DNA of 63,452 nucleotides, filler included, from Reclinomonas americana ATCC 50394 (lineage: Eukaryota): assembly GCA_048213135.1 (NCBI GenBank). It is 42 parts of 42 records of this genome, joined end to end, with 100 filler letters (N's around TTAATTAATTAA, not from the genome) between each part and the next. Parts side by side here need not be neighbours in the genome. Positions count along the whole stretch, not along the records: positions 51,539 to 52,941 come from AFZH01025668.1; positions 53,042 to 54,444 come from AFZH01025669.1; positions 54,545 to 55,947 come from AFZH01025672.1; positions 56,048 to 57,449 come from AFZH01025673.1; positions 57,550 to 58,951 come from AFZH01025674.1; positions 59,052 to 60,451 come from AFZH01025675.1; positions 60,552 to 61,951 come from AFZH01025676.1; positions 62,052 to 63,452 come from AFZH01025677.1; 34 more parts are not named here. The stretch is one strand, 5' to 3'. The position numbers and the translations under genes are program-made. The notes under the pieces are model-generated. The model saw only the letters and a list, made by a program, of their open reading frames with translations, searched no databases and was not told where the DNA came from. Shown here piece after piece: positions 52,890 through 63,452 of this stretch; within the stretch, counting starts at the first letter, position 1; each line of letters starts with the position of its first letter.

Positions 52890-53041
52890 TGCGAGAACAC
52901 ACATTATCAGCGACGGCTGAGAGGCTATCCAATACGGCAGTNNNNNNNNNNNNNNNNNNNNNNNNNNNNNNNNNNNNNNNNNNNNTTAATTAATTAANNN
53001 NNNNNNNNNNNNNNNNNNNNNNNNNNNNNNNNNNNNNNNNN

Positions 53042-54163
53042 CCATGCTGGTCTTGAAGCGGGTGACGAATCCGGCACAAGGCAGCGGCACCGTGTTGGCG
53101 TTGGCCACTGCGGCCCCGCCCGCCTCAGCCATCACCACCACCACCACCACCACGACAGCTGCTCCGGCACCGCCCCCGCCGACGCCACCAGCACCTCCTC
53201 CTCCTCCTCCTGCTGCTGCTTCTGTTCCTGCTGCCACTGCCATCCCACCACTGCCGCCACCAACTCTGCCTCCGGTGCCTGCACGTTCTCGAGAGGCCTC
53301 GCCCAGTGTCCGCGTGGGTGGTATTCCGCCAAGTGCGCCCGCACTGTCGCAGCCGCCGCTGCAAGCGCGCCCGAAACCCATTATGCTTAAAAAGGTGAGT
53401 TTGTTTGCTTTGTGCCGCATGCCTCAAGCGGAGCCTGATTCGCCGTCCATTAGGAGAGTGCTCCTTCATTGTCGCAGTCCATTGCGTCCGGGGCGGCACC
53501 GTCCTCACGGAGTGCATCACCGGCGCTCGCAGCTCCACTTCCTCCCCCTCCTGCGTCGGCGTCGACACCGGCCAGTACACCCGCCGCGGCTCCGTCGCAA
53601 CGAAAGGTCGACTGGCGAGTCGGAGGCATCTCGAAGAACGCGGAAGCGCCGTTGTATGGATGGCATGGCGACAAGTTTTACTTGGTGTTGCGTGCCAGTA
53701 TGGTGGCAGTGCGCATTGTGTGCTTGCGTCGCTGACAAACCTTCGCTGTGCAGTCCGGAAGAATCGCCGCCCGAGGAGGATATCCGTCGGCAGCCCCTTG
53801 CAGCACCGCGCTCCGCACAACTGCCGCCACTGCCTTCGCAAACGGGAGCCATGACGGGCGTCATTAGTACTCTGGAGCTGACCGCCATGGCCTGGCAGCG
53901 ACAGCAACAGCAGCAGCTGGCGGAACAGGCGGCGCTTCCGGTTGCGCAGAGTCGGCCCCGCACAAGCGGCAGCACCTCTGTGTCGTTCTCGTTGCAGCGT
54001 GCTCGGTCGTCGCAGACGGCGTCGGCGGTGAGTTCCGAGACGTCAAGAAGGATGCGAGAGAGCGTGCGCTCACAGTGTCCTTGTTGTGCACAGGCTTCGA
54101 CAGGAGTGCAGCGCTGGATGCAGACCAGCGGCCCGCGTGCCGTGCAGCCGAGATTACTGCCAG
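53042..54163 (+). CDS. Proline-rich hypothetical protein (partial)
   Basis: Poly-Pro/Thr exon followed by GTGAGT donors. Confidence 0.4.
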
Positions 54164-54394
54164 GTGCGTGATGGTTGGAGGATATCAAAGAGTGGCTGCA
54201 GTTCTCTCTGCCTTCTTCGTTGATGTTCAGTTCGTGTATGTCGCGTTTCCTGACTTACACTCACCGACTAATCTCGACACTCTTCCTCTCTCTCTCTCCC
54301 TCTTTCCCTCTCTCATCCCATTCATTTGTTTTCCGGTCAACTCAAAGATGCATCGTCACTTGCACGTCTTTTCTGTTTTGTTCTTTTCTCTCTC

Positions 54395-54444
<50 letters not shown>

Positions 54445-54668
54445 NNNNNNNNNNNNNNNNNNNNNNNNNNNNNNNNNNNNNNNNNNNNTTAATTAATTAA
54501 NNNNNNNNNNNNNNNNNNNNNNNNNNNNNNNNNNNNNNNNNNNNCGACGATGACTGTCGCTGATGAAACTGGCCCTGAGAATGCAGCTGCTAACAGTTTT
54601 TAACAAGTGTCTTTTGTTGTTTCTCATCGTCGTTTTTGTGCCATCACTGCCTCGTTCACTTACTTAGT

Positions 54669-55873
54669 TCAGCAGCTTCCCTCCCCTCCCTCCTCCTCTT
54701 CCTCCTTCCTCACACCATCGAGCGATCGCGAGGAATGCTGCCCCTTTGCGCTCCTCGAGCCAACCCTGTGTCTGCCACGCTCAATCGCTGCTGGGATCCG
54801 CGTTTTTCCATGTTGCGCAGCATGGACTCGTCCAAAATCTCCGACACCGACGGGCGATGCATCGAGTTGGAGAGGCGTCGTGCACCTGCCGCCGCTGTAA
54901 ATTGAGGAGAAGGTGAGTTGCACAGAAAAGAAATGACATGCATGGAAGCTCGAGGAACAGCACGCACGTTTTGAGGAGTTGTCCAGTGCGCGCTGCACAC
55001 GTGCTGTGAGGAACGCCGATGACGGGTCCTCGTAGTATGCGTCCATGTCGTTGTGGTGCAGGCTCGACATGCTCAGCTGTTGGGGAGAGTCAGCAGCCGG
55101 CAGGCAATGTGCACTACACTCTCGTGCGCTCACCTGCTTGGCCGAGTCTGCCAACCACGGCAGTGATGCTGCGTGCGGGTCACGTGAAGGTGCGTGGAGC
55201 ACGTCATCGCGGCGAGTGGCTCCGAGCATGTCGCGCAGCGAGTACTCTGCGTGGCTGTCAGCAACCAGAACACATATACACCTCGTCGTCTTGAAGTGGG
55301 ATATCTTCTCACCTTGCCCGCCTCGCTGCTGCATCGGAGAGCCATCCTCCGCCACGACCTTGTGTCGCCGAGGCAGCAACTGCGACTCCTGGTAGCCAGG
55401 CACCGGTTGTGTGTGCAGCACATCATGATCGCCTCGTTGTTGCATTGTCAGGCCGTCATCGGCCGTCACCTTGTGCCTCCGCGGCAGCAGTTGTGACTCG
55501 CGAACCTCGCGCTCTCGCTCCTCTGTGACCAAAGACATGTGAGCCATTCACGCAGGTGTCTTACCGGCGTGATCCCCTCGCCTGGTCGCTCACCTTCGTG
55601 ATACGTGCGTACTCCCTGCGCCTTGGACGGCGACAGCTGGTTCATGACGCCGTCCACGTGATGGTACGTGCGCACACCCTTGCCGCGAGGCTCCGGACCT
55701 TGCGGCTCCTCCATCACTCGGCGGTGTGGTCGGAACGACGGCTCCTCGTGCTCCGCCTGCGAACCAGGGAACGTGCGAATGGTGAACGAGGTCTGCGCCG
55801 TCTCCGAAACGGGTGGCTGAGCGACGCGGGTGCGGCGGGGAATGCCGAGTTCGCGGTCGAGGACTTCGCGGCC
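54669..55873 (-). CDS. Hypothetical protein with short internal repeats
   Basis: ESQLLPRRHKV and GVRTYH each occur twice; canonical introns. Confidence 0.45.
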
Positions 55874-56047
55874 TGTGGGGGTGGAGGAGAAGGGAAAGTG
55901 AGAACAGAAGGGCAAGGAACAGTGGAGGAAGGGGGAGGGAAAGGGAANNNNNNNNNNNNNNNNNNNNNNNNNNNNNNNNNNNNNNNNNNNNTTAATTAAT
56001 TAANNNNNNNNNNNNNNNNNNNNNNNNNNNNNNNNNNNNNNNNNNNN

Positions 56048-56665
56048 ACACCGATGCAGCGCGGTGCCAACCGAGATGTGCTCGAGTCGCAGCTCTGCGA
56101 GCTGTGCGTGCAGTGCGACGGCAGCACTGCGCTGTGGGACGCTGTGGCGGCGGGCGTTGACATTGCCAAGCAGAAGCACGAGCGAGACGTACTCAAGGCG
56201 CGGCAGACTCGCCAGGAGATGAAGGAGCGGTCCTACTTGCTGCTGGTGCTGACGGACGGCGGCGACAACAGCTCATCTCGCAAGGCGGCCGAGGTGAAGG
56301 AGTTGCTGGCGCACTCCGGCGTACCGCACTTCCGTTGCTGCTTCATGAGCATCGACCTGGGCGCCTACGAGCGCCGTGCCTTGGAGGACGTCACACAAGA
56401 CCTGCATCACGTGTTCCACCAGGAGGTGGGGGCGGGCGGCGACGACGCGCAGCTCGACTTCAACATTCGATCGACGGTGATGCAGACGATTCGCGTGGCG
56501 CGCCGGGTGCTGGTCGAGGTGGAGACCGTCCGGCGTGAGCGCGAGCTCCCGACGGTCTGCACCACGACCACCTCCACTGCCGCTGCTGGCGGTGGCTCGG
56601 GATCCGGGGCCCGACGGGCTGCCGGGTCTCTCGGTGGCCGTGTCCGCGATCGCTCCGGATCGTAG
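56048..56665 (+). CDS. von Willebrand factor A domain protein (C-terminal part)
   Basis: GSTALWDAV..LLLVLTDGGDNSS. Confidence 0.8.
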   Translation, partial: TPMQRGANRDVLESQLCELCVQCDGSTALWDAVAAGVDIAKQKHERDVLKARQTRQEMKERSYLLLVLTDGGDNSSSRKAAEVKELLAHSGVPHFRCCFMSIDLGAYERRALEDVTQDLHHVFHQEVGAGGDDAQLDFNIRSTVMQTIRVARRVLVEVETVRRERELPTVCTTTTSTAAAGGGSGSGARRAAGSLGGRVRDRSGS

Positions 56666-57047
56666 GAGCAACCGCGCAGTGCCTGCTCCTTGTGTTTGTT
56701 CCCCCCCTTTTGTACATTCATCCATAGATAGCAGCAGACCCACTCTCCAGAGACTGCTGCGACCATAACAATGATAGAAAAACTGTAAAACAGGAATGCA
56801 TAATGATGATCCACGCTGCAAGAATACAGCCCCCGGGGAAACAGCGTGTAAACGACGAGGAGAGAGCGTCGAACGCCGCTTGGGACTGCAATTTCGTTCA
56901 TTCATCATCACCAAGCAGCGCGCACACACCACCGCCTCTTTCTCATCGCGCCACGATGACAACGGGTGCGTGCACACCTACAGATACATACATGCATGCT
57001 TCCGCCCTCTCACGATCTCTCACTCCTCCGCTTCGCACACTGCTGCA

Positions 57048-57384
57048 GTGGTCGTCAGCAGCGACGGCGACTTTGTGCGTCTCTCCAGCGACGCCTCGCT
57101 CTCCGTGGCACCGAGGCTCACAGAGGATGAGCAGCTGCTGGTGGGTAACTGCGTGCAAGACAACTGACTTCGGCGCTCGGCAACTCACACTCTCGCGCGC
57201 TCAGGTGATTCACCAAATGCGCCTGTATCAACCCTCAGTGTGGCGACGCATTCTGTTCGCGCTGGTGCTGCTGTGCACCGGTGGCCTCTTTTACATCCTC
57301 GTGCACTGGTACGCTCGATTGCGCGTGGTGATGACGCATCGACGATGCCGAACAGTGCACGAAGCCACCGGCGTTCTCGCGCTT
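57048..57384 (+). CDS. P5-type ATPase (ATP13A-like), N-terminal exons
   Basis: YQPSVWRRILFALVLLCTGGLFYILVHWYARLRVVMTHRRC membrane hairpin. Confidence 0.65.
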
Positions 57385-57549
57385 GTTGCGTGTCTCGCTC
57401 CTCCCCTCACGCACACCCTTCCTTCTTTTCTGACGGCACGGCATGGTGCNNNNNNNNNNNNNNNNNNNNNNNNNNNNNNNNNNNNNNNNNNNNTTAATTA
57501 ATTAANNNNNNNNNNNNNNNNNNNNNNNNNNNNNNNNNNNNNNNNNNNN

Positions 57550-58603
57550 ACTTCTTCCACCGCAACTTTCTCTCCGGGTCCTCCGCATGCACCTGCCACC
57601 CAATCACCTGCTTGGCCGCCCACTTGTCCAAAAAGTCGTCCTCTGCACGCCTAAGCATCGCCGTGGGATCCTCCAGCGGCTGTGACCGCTGATGGAAATC
57701 CTGCAGGTACTCCAACAGGCCCGACAGGTACTGCAGGTACTCGCGACCGCCGCGGTATCTCCGCATCGCCATCAGCGGCGGCGACGGCGCAAAGTTGCGG
57801 AACTCATCCAGGTACGTCACATAATCGATGCCCGTGTGGTGCGACAACCCGCGCAGGTTCGTGTACATCTCAAACGCCAAGTGCAAATCGACATTGCGTC
57901 CGTACCGCTCCTCGCCCGAGAACTCCACAATCGCCTCGCTGGTGCCAAACTCACCCCCGGCACCATACAAGTGCGCAATGTCGGCATCCGGGTCCGACAC
58001 TCGCTCGTCGGGGTTGGGCGCGTGGAAGAGCCGCACGTCGGCCACACGCGAGGTGAAGGCCGTCCACAGACGCTGCGCATTCTCCTGCGACAGGCCCGCA
58101 ATCTCCTCTTGCAGTGCCGGGTCTTGCCGCCCGTGCAAGTGGATCAGAGAGATGGCCTTGGCCCGGGCCATGTCAATCAGCTTGCGAATGCGTTGGTTCT
58201 GATAGACGCGCTCACGATGCTGCCAACAAAAGCGCGAAATCGATCAGTGGTGATTGATGATGATGATGCAATTCACTCTTGGTGTGAGCATACGGGTGAG
58301 TGTGTGTGCGCGCGCGTGTGTGTGAGGAGAGAGAGAGAGAGCGCGTGCGCGTTTGCAAAGAGGACATTTCGTGTTGTCTTCTCTTGACACGCACACTCTC
58401 TGCGCTCTCTCGCTCGCTCTCTCGTTCCACCGCATGCAACAAGAGACACTCACATGCACACACGCACACACACGCAGAGAGAGAGAGAGTGGAGAGAGAC
58501 TCACCGTCTTGGCCTTCTCTGTCAACTCATGCACAATGCGCGCCTGATACCGCTCCACGTCCTCATGCAGCGTTCTCACTTGCTCCAAGTACGTAGTCGT
58601 CAT
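57550..58603 (-). CDS. SF3A3: Splicing factor SF3A3/PRP9 (3' partial)
   Basis: LEQVRTLHEDVER, EFSGEERYGRNVDLH, YLQYLSGLLEYLQDFHQRSQPL. Confidence 0.9.
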
Positions 58604-58685
58604 ACTCTCGCAAGCAAGCAGCAAGCAGGAAACAACACGAGAAGAGAAAATTCACGTCACGACAACACAATCACAACAACACATT
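58604..58685. promoter_or_regulatory. 82-bp bidirectional promoter region
   Basis: Divergent ATGs at 58603 (-) and 58686 (+); contains CACGTCA. Confidence 0.55.
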
Positions 58686-58951
58686 ATGAGCACTCGCAAA
58701 CGCACTCGCGCACAGGTCACTGCTGAAGACGCACCTGCAGCTGCTGCAGTTGCAGTTGCCAGTGAGGAGGAGGAAGGCGCCAGTGCGCAGAAGCGACGAA
58801 AGCGTGGCACTCGCGCATCTGCTGCTGCTCCTCCTGTTGCGCAAGAGCACGAAGTGACGCATGCGGTGGCTGCAGCTGTTGTAGAGGAGCAAGAGCAGGA
58901 GCAAGAGGCGCCTGTGGAGGTCAAGGCCGAGGTGAAGAAGGAGGAGGAGGT
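58686..58951 (+). CDS. N-terminus of a probable nuclear protein
   Basis: MSTRKRTR and QKRRKR NLS-like motifs; Glu/Ala-rich. Confidence 0.55.
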
Positions 58952-59051
58952 NNNNNNNNNNNNNNNNNNNNNNNNNNNNNNNNNNNNNNNNNNNNTTAAT
59001 TAATTAANNNNNNNNNNNNNNNNNNNNNNNNNNNNNNNNNNNNNNNNNNNN

Positions 59052-59082
<31 letters not shown>

Positions 59083-59437
59083 ATGAGAGCGAGAGAGGCC
59101 ACAAACAATGACTGCATACACCAGCATTCTACACATCGACAAACAGCATCTCTCCTTCTCAGTGCTTGCTCTCGCGTCGAACGCATGAAGAGAGAATACC
59201 AAGCGCGACATGCCCACTCCCTCGATCACTCTCGGTCTCGCCGACCGCACACAGCATCTCTCGTTCTCAGTGCTTGCTCTCGAGCATAACGCATGAAGAG
59301 AGAATACCAAGCGTGACATACACACGCCCTCGCTCACCCTCAGTCTCAACGACCGCACAATTCATCTCCACTCTCAACCTCATTCTTCTCCACGAGTTGC
59401 TCTTCCCTCGCTCTCCCTTCCCCATCACCCCCCTCAC

Positions 59438-60118
59438 CGTAGAACGAGTTGAACGCCAAGGTGAACGCAACCCACGCCAAAATCTCAAACGTGTAGTTCG
59501 GCACCGACACATAATCAAAGAGGAAGCCGCGCGGGATCTTGCGCACGCGGGTGCCGGCCGGTCGCAGATTCTTCAGCATCACGTGGCACACACCGTTGCC
59601 GATCTCGGCCGCCACAAACACCGCCACAAAGAACCACGTCTGCGCCGAGTTGGCCGGCGCCGTGAACAGCGGGTGCGACACCGTGTAGCCAATCAGCGCG
59701 CCAAACAACCAGTAGTACCAGCTGTTGAGGATGAGCTTGATCCACGGCATCGTGGCATTGGAGAAGGCGTGCAGGAACACCGACTCGGCCACACGCTTCG
59801 CAAAGTGGCCAATGAAGCACGCCGCCGCCACCAGCTGCACCAGCGACAGCGCCGGCGCGGTGGCACCGTAGACCAGGTGGCGCACGAATGGCACAAAGGC
59901 AAACAGCGCAAACAGCACCGGCGGTCCAAAGTACTCGACCACAAACACCACGCGCCACGGCACCTGCATCGGCAGGTACTTGAACTGCACCACGTGTCGC
60001 TCGCCGACTGCCAGCGTCTCCGCGAACGGCTTCAGCTTGTCCAGCGTCTTGGGCTTGCTGCCGTCGTCCGGTCGCGGGAAGCTAAAGTACACGCGGGAGG
60101 TGTCGCTGAAGTGCTTGT
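59438..60118 (-). CDS. TECR: Very-long-chain enoyl-CoA reductase (TECR/TSC13), internal exon
   Basis: QVPWRVVFVVEYFGP, HFAKRVAESVFLHAFSNATMP, KIPRGFLFDYVSVPNYTFEILAW. Confidence 0.93.
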
Positions 60119-60299
60119 CTGTGAAAGGAAAAAGGGGGAGAAGGGAGGAAAGGGGGAAGGGAGGAAAGGGGGAAGGGAAGGAAAGGGGAAGGGAGAAGGG
60201 TGAGAAGCGAAGGAATGTTGCAATTTGTGTTCTTGCTGGAGTTCTTCATTCTTGTCCCCACAGGTAAGGGAGTGCGTGTGTGAGAGAGTGAGTGTGTTT

Positions 60300-60451
<152 letters not shown>

Positions 60452-60848
60452 NNNNNNNNNNNNNNNNNNNNNNNNNNNNNNNNNNNNNNNNNNNNTTAAT
60501 TAATTAANNNNNNNNNNNNNNNNNNNNNNNNNNNNNNNNNNNNNNNNNNNNAGAGAGAGAGAGAGAGGAAGAGAGCAAGACGATGAGAAACGGCTGCCGG
60601 GTACATCATTGTCAGCAAAAAGGGACAGTGATTTCAATCACGCGCACCGAGAGAGCGAGAGCCATATACCGTTTTCCTCATCTTGCCCCTTCCTGCACGT
60701 TTCCTTGTCTCCTCATCTTTAATTCTCCCCTGTTTGCTCTCTCACCTCTTCCGTCGTCTCCCCCCTTCCCTCATTCCTTTTCCTTTACCCCCTTCCCCTC
60801 CTTTCCTGTTTCCCCCCTTCCCCTCATGCCTTCCTTTCCCATTGCAGC

Positions 60849-61045
60849 CGACTCGGACGGCGGCGGGGAAGACCGCTCCGACCAAATGCAACTCGACGAC
60901 CCCTCCTGGTCCGCCCCCGCGGAGAACGCACCACCTGTCGACGTCGACCAGCTCATGGACCACTACGGCGACCACATCACCGCCATGATTGACGAGAACG
61001 CCGCGTACGAATCACTTCTGGTGTTGGTGAAGGAGCTGTTGACCA
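60849..61045 (+). CDS. Isolated exon of an unknown protein
   Basis: Coding-like island between a polypyrimidine-CAG acceptor and an A|GTTGCGT donor. Confidence 0.5.
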
Positions 61046-61056
61046 GTTGCGTGCAT

Positions 61057-61565
<509 letters not shown>

Positions 61566-62051
61566 CCTTCTCCCTCCCAACTTCCCTCTTTCTGACAGGA
61601 TCTTGGCCCTTGTTCACCTGTTTGGTCACACGCCTTCCTCTCTATCCGCGTCCTCTCGCACATCGTTGCCCTTCTCTCTCACTCTCATTCTCCCCTCTCC
61701 CACGCGATCCTGGCCGTCGTTCTCAACTCTGTGGTCACTGGCTTTCTCCGTTTCCTTCCCCGCCATCTTCTCTATCGTTCTCTTCCTCCTCCTCCTCTCC
61801 ATCTCCTTTTTCCTCTCCCTCTTCCTCTCCCTCTCTTCTATTCTCTCCCTCTCCCTCTCCCAGCTTCCCCTTCCTTCTTCGCTCTCCCCTCTCCCCTCTT
61901 CCCTCTTCCCTCTTCCCTCTTCCCTCTCCCTCTCCCTCTCCCTCTCCCTCTNNNNNNNNNNNNNNNNNNNNNNNNNNNNNNNNNNNNNNNNNNNNTTAAT
62001 TAATTAANNNNNNNNNNNNNNNNNNNNNNNNNNNNNNNNNNNNNNNNNNNN

Positions 62052-63452
62052 TGTTCGGATTCTTACTGGATCCGGACACACCGACTCGTTCACCCTCCTC
62101 ACCGCTGGAGTTACCATTGCTAGTGCGGTTGTTGTTGGATTTTTGCACTTGGTTGCTCTGGCGGTTGCCCTTCTTACCACCACTGCCGCCGCTGGGTGCG
62201 GTGGAGGGCGGAGCAGGGCGTGCACCCACTGTCACTTGCGTTTCAGTGGTCTGCGAGGAGGCTGCCGGTGTACGTGTCGGTCTCGAGACCGGTGGAGGTG
62301 ACCCGTGCTCAGCCGCCTCGGCAATCGCCTGGCGCAGTGACGCTTGAGGCGGCTTTGGCGGCTGGTGGCTCCGTTCAGCGTTTGCAGTGGCCGCAACTGA
62401 GACCGCACGACCCGACGGTTTCGGTGGCGGTCCAGTATTGGTTTTCTGCTGCTGTTTTCCAGAGCCGGTGGCTGCAGATGATGATGGTTGAGCTGCAGGC
62501 ACGTTCGAGTTACCTCCGGTGGCATGGTTCGGTGTTGGCGCAGGTGGGCGTGGTGCACGGCCGGTGTTGTTGTTTCCAGTCGCACTGGCACCGCTTCCCT
62601 CCGGTCTCGTCGCCGGCACCGAATTCGGCTTGTTGCCATTGTTCGGCTTCGACCCCTTGGCCGATCCAGCAGCTGCGGTTGTGTTGTTGTTGATCGCTGC
62701 TGCCGTGCGAGTGTTGGTGTTGCCACTTGCACTCGCTGTCGGCTGTGGTGTCGGAGCTTTTGGCCGAGGCGCATTCTTTCCAGCAACCTTGTCCACGACA
62801 CCAGTCACACTTGAGCTCACTGAAGTCTGTCGAGGGGAGGGGCCTTTTGGCGGAGATCGTTGAACGACCTCACGCCATCCAGCTTCTCTCTCGACCTGCT
62901 TCTGCGCAGGTCCACGTTTGGATCGCGCTTGAGGTCTCGTGTGCGTACACGAAGGATCGTCGCCCTGGTCTTCTGATGATGACGATGAGGACGGCGTAGT
63001 GTGCGAAGGAGGAGTCGCGTCCGGCAACTCCCTCTTGCGAGACGAGCTTTCGGTTGCGGTTTTCTTCTTGCGCAGCACACGTTGTTTGTTCCTCTTCGAC
63101 ATCACGGAATGACCAGTGCTTGCATCTTCGCTGGTCGGACAAGGTGAGGGGTGAGAACTCGCCGGCGCCGGAGCGCTTGCCTTCTTCGTTTTATTCTTTC
63201 CGGCATCGGCGTTTTTGGCGTTCCCACCGCCTCGTTTATTGCTGGTGATTGCACCACCTTGAGTCTCTGATTCAGCGCGCCCACCCCTCTCTTCGGATTC
63301 CCCCTGGGTATCCGTGCCACCGGCAACATTTGCCGTCGTGGGTGGGTTTGAGTTGGACGCACTCGGGTGTGAACCAGAGGTCCGCTTTTGCACGGCAGAG
63401 TGAGCACTCGGCGTCGGCTCGACATTGGCAAGCAGTGATGAGCTGCTGCCTT
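62052..63452 (-). CDS. Long intronless low-complexity ORF (disordered; possibly retroelement ORF1/gag N-terminus)
   Basis: More than 440 open codons, Ser/Thr/Asn/Pro/Lys-rich, no introns; GWREVVQR motif. Confidence 0.4.

Overview
This window is not one locus. It is about 42 unrelated contigs of ~1.40-1.43 kb, sorted by length and joined by an artificial 100-nt linker (N44-TTAATTAATTAA-N44), so adjacency across linkers means nothing. Three contigs look alphaproteobacterial: MscS plus two small ORFs, a TPR protein, and an IS66 left end next to a frameshifted RIT-type tyrosine recombinase. The rest come from a GC-rich microbial eukaryote, probably a flagellate (TTC29- and STK36-like genes), with short spliceosomal introns and many (CA)n/(GA)n microsatellites. 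Recognisable fragments include BRE1, a USP, P5C dehydrogenase, TTC29, VPS15, a TauD dioxygenase, ERD2, cathepsin L, a WD40 protein, alpha-amylase, RFT1, DHX34, PRP8, STK36, SF3A3, TECR and a P5-ATPase. Three loci appear twice as haplotype-like pairs. The strongest signal comes from splicing genes by hand: there are two classes of 5' splice site. Ordinary donors are mostly G|GTGMGT or G|GTTTGT. At least 19 are one-nucleotide-shifted donors, H|GTTRMGT, which lack +5G and almost never have G at -1; one lies in PRP8, where the junction is unambiguous. Other leads are an intron-containing gene resembling giant-virus DUF6939/NADAR-like proteins, an unnamed C-terminal motif shared by two proteins, and bacterial-type cadherin repeats and a TauD gene that carry introns. 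All family calls are from motif recognition by eye; no searches were run.
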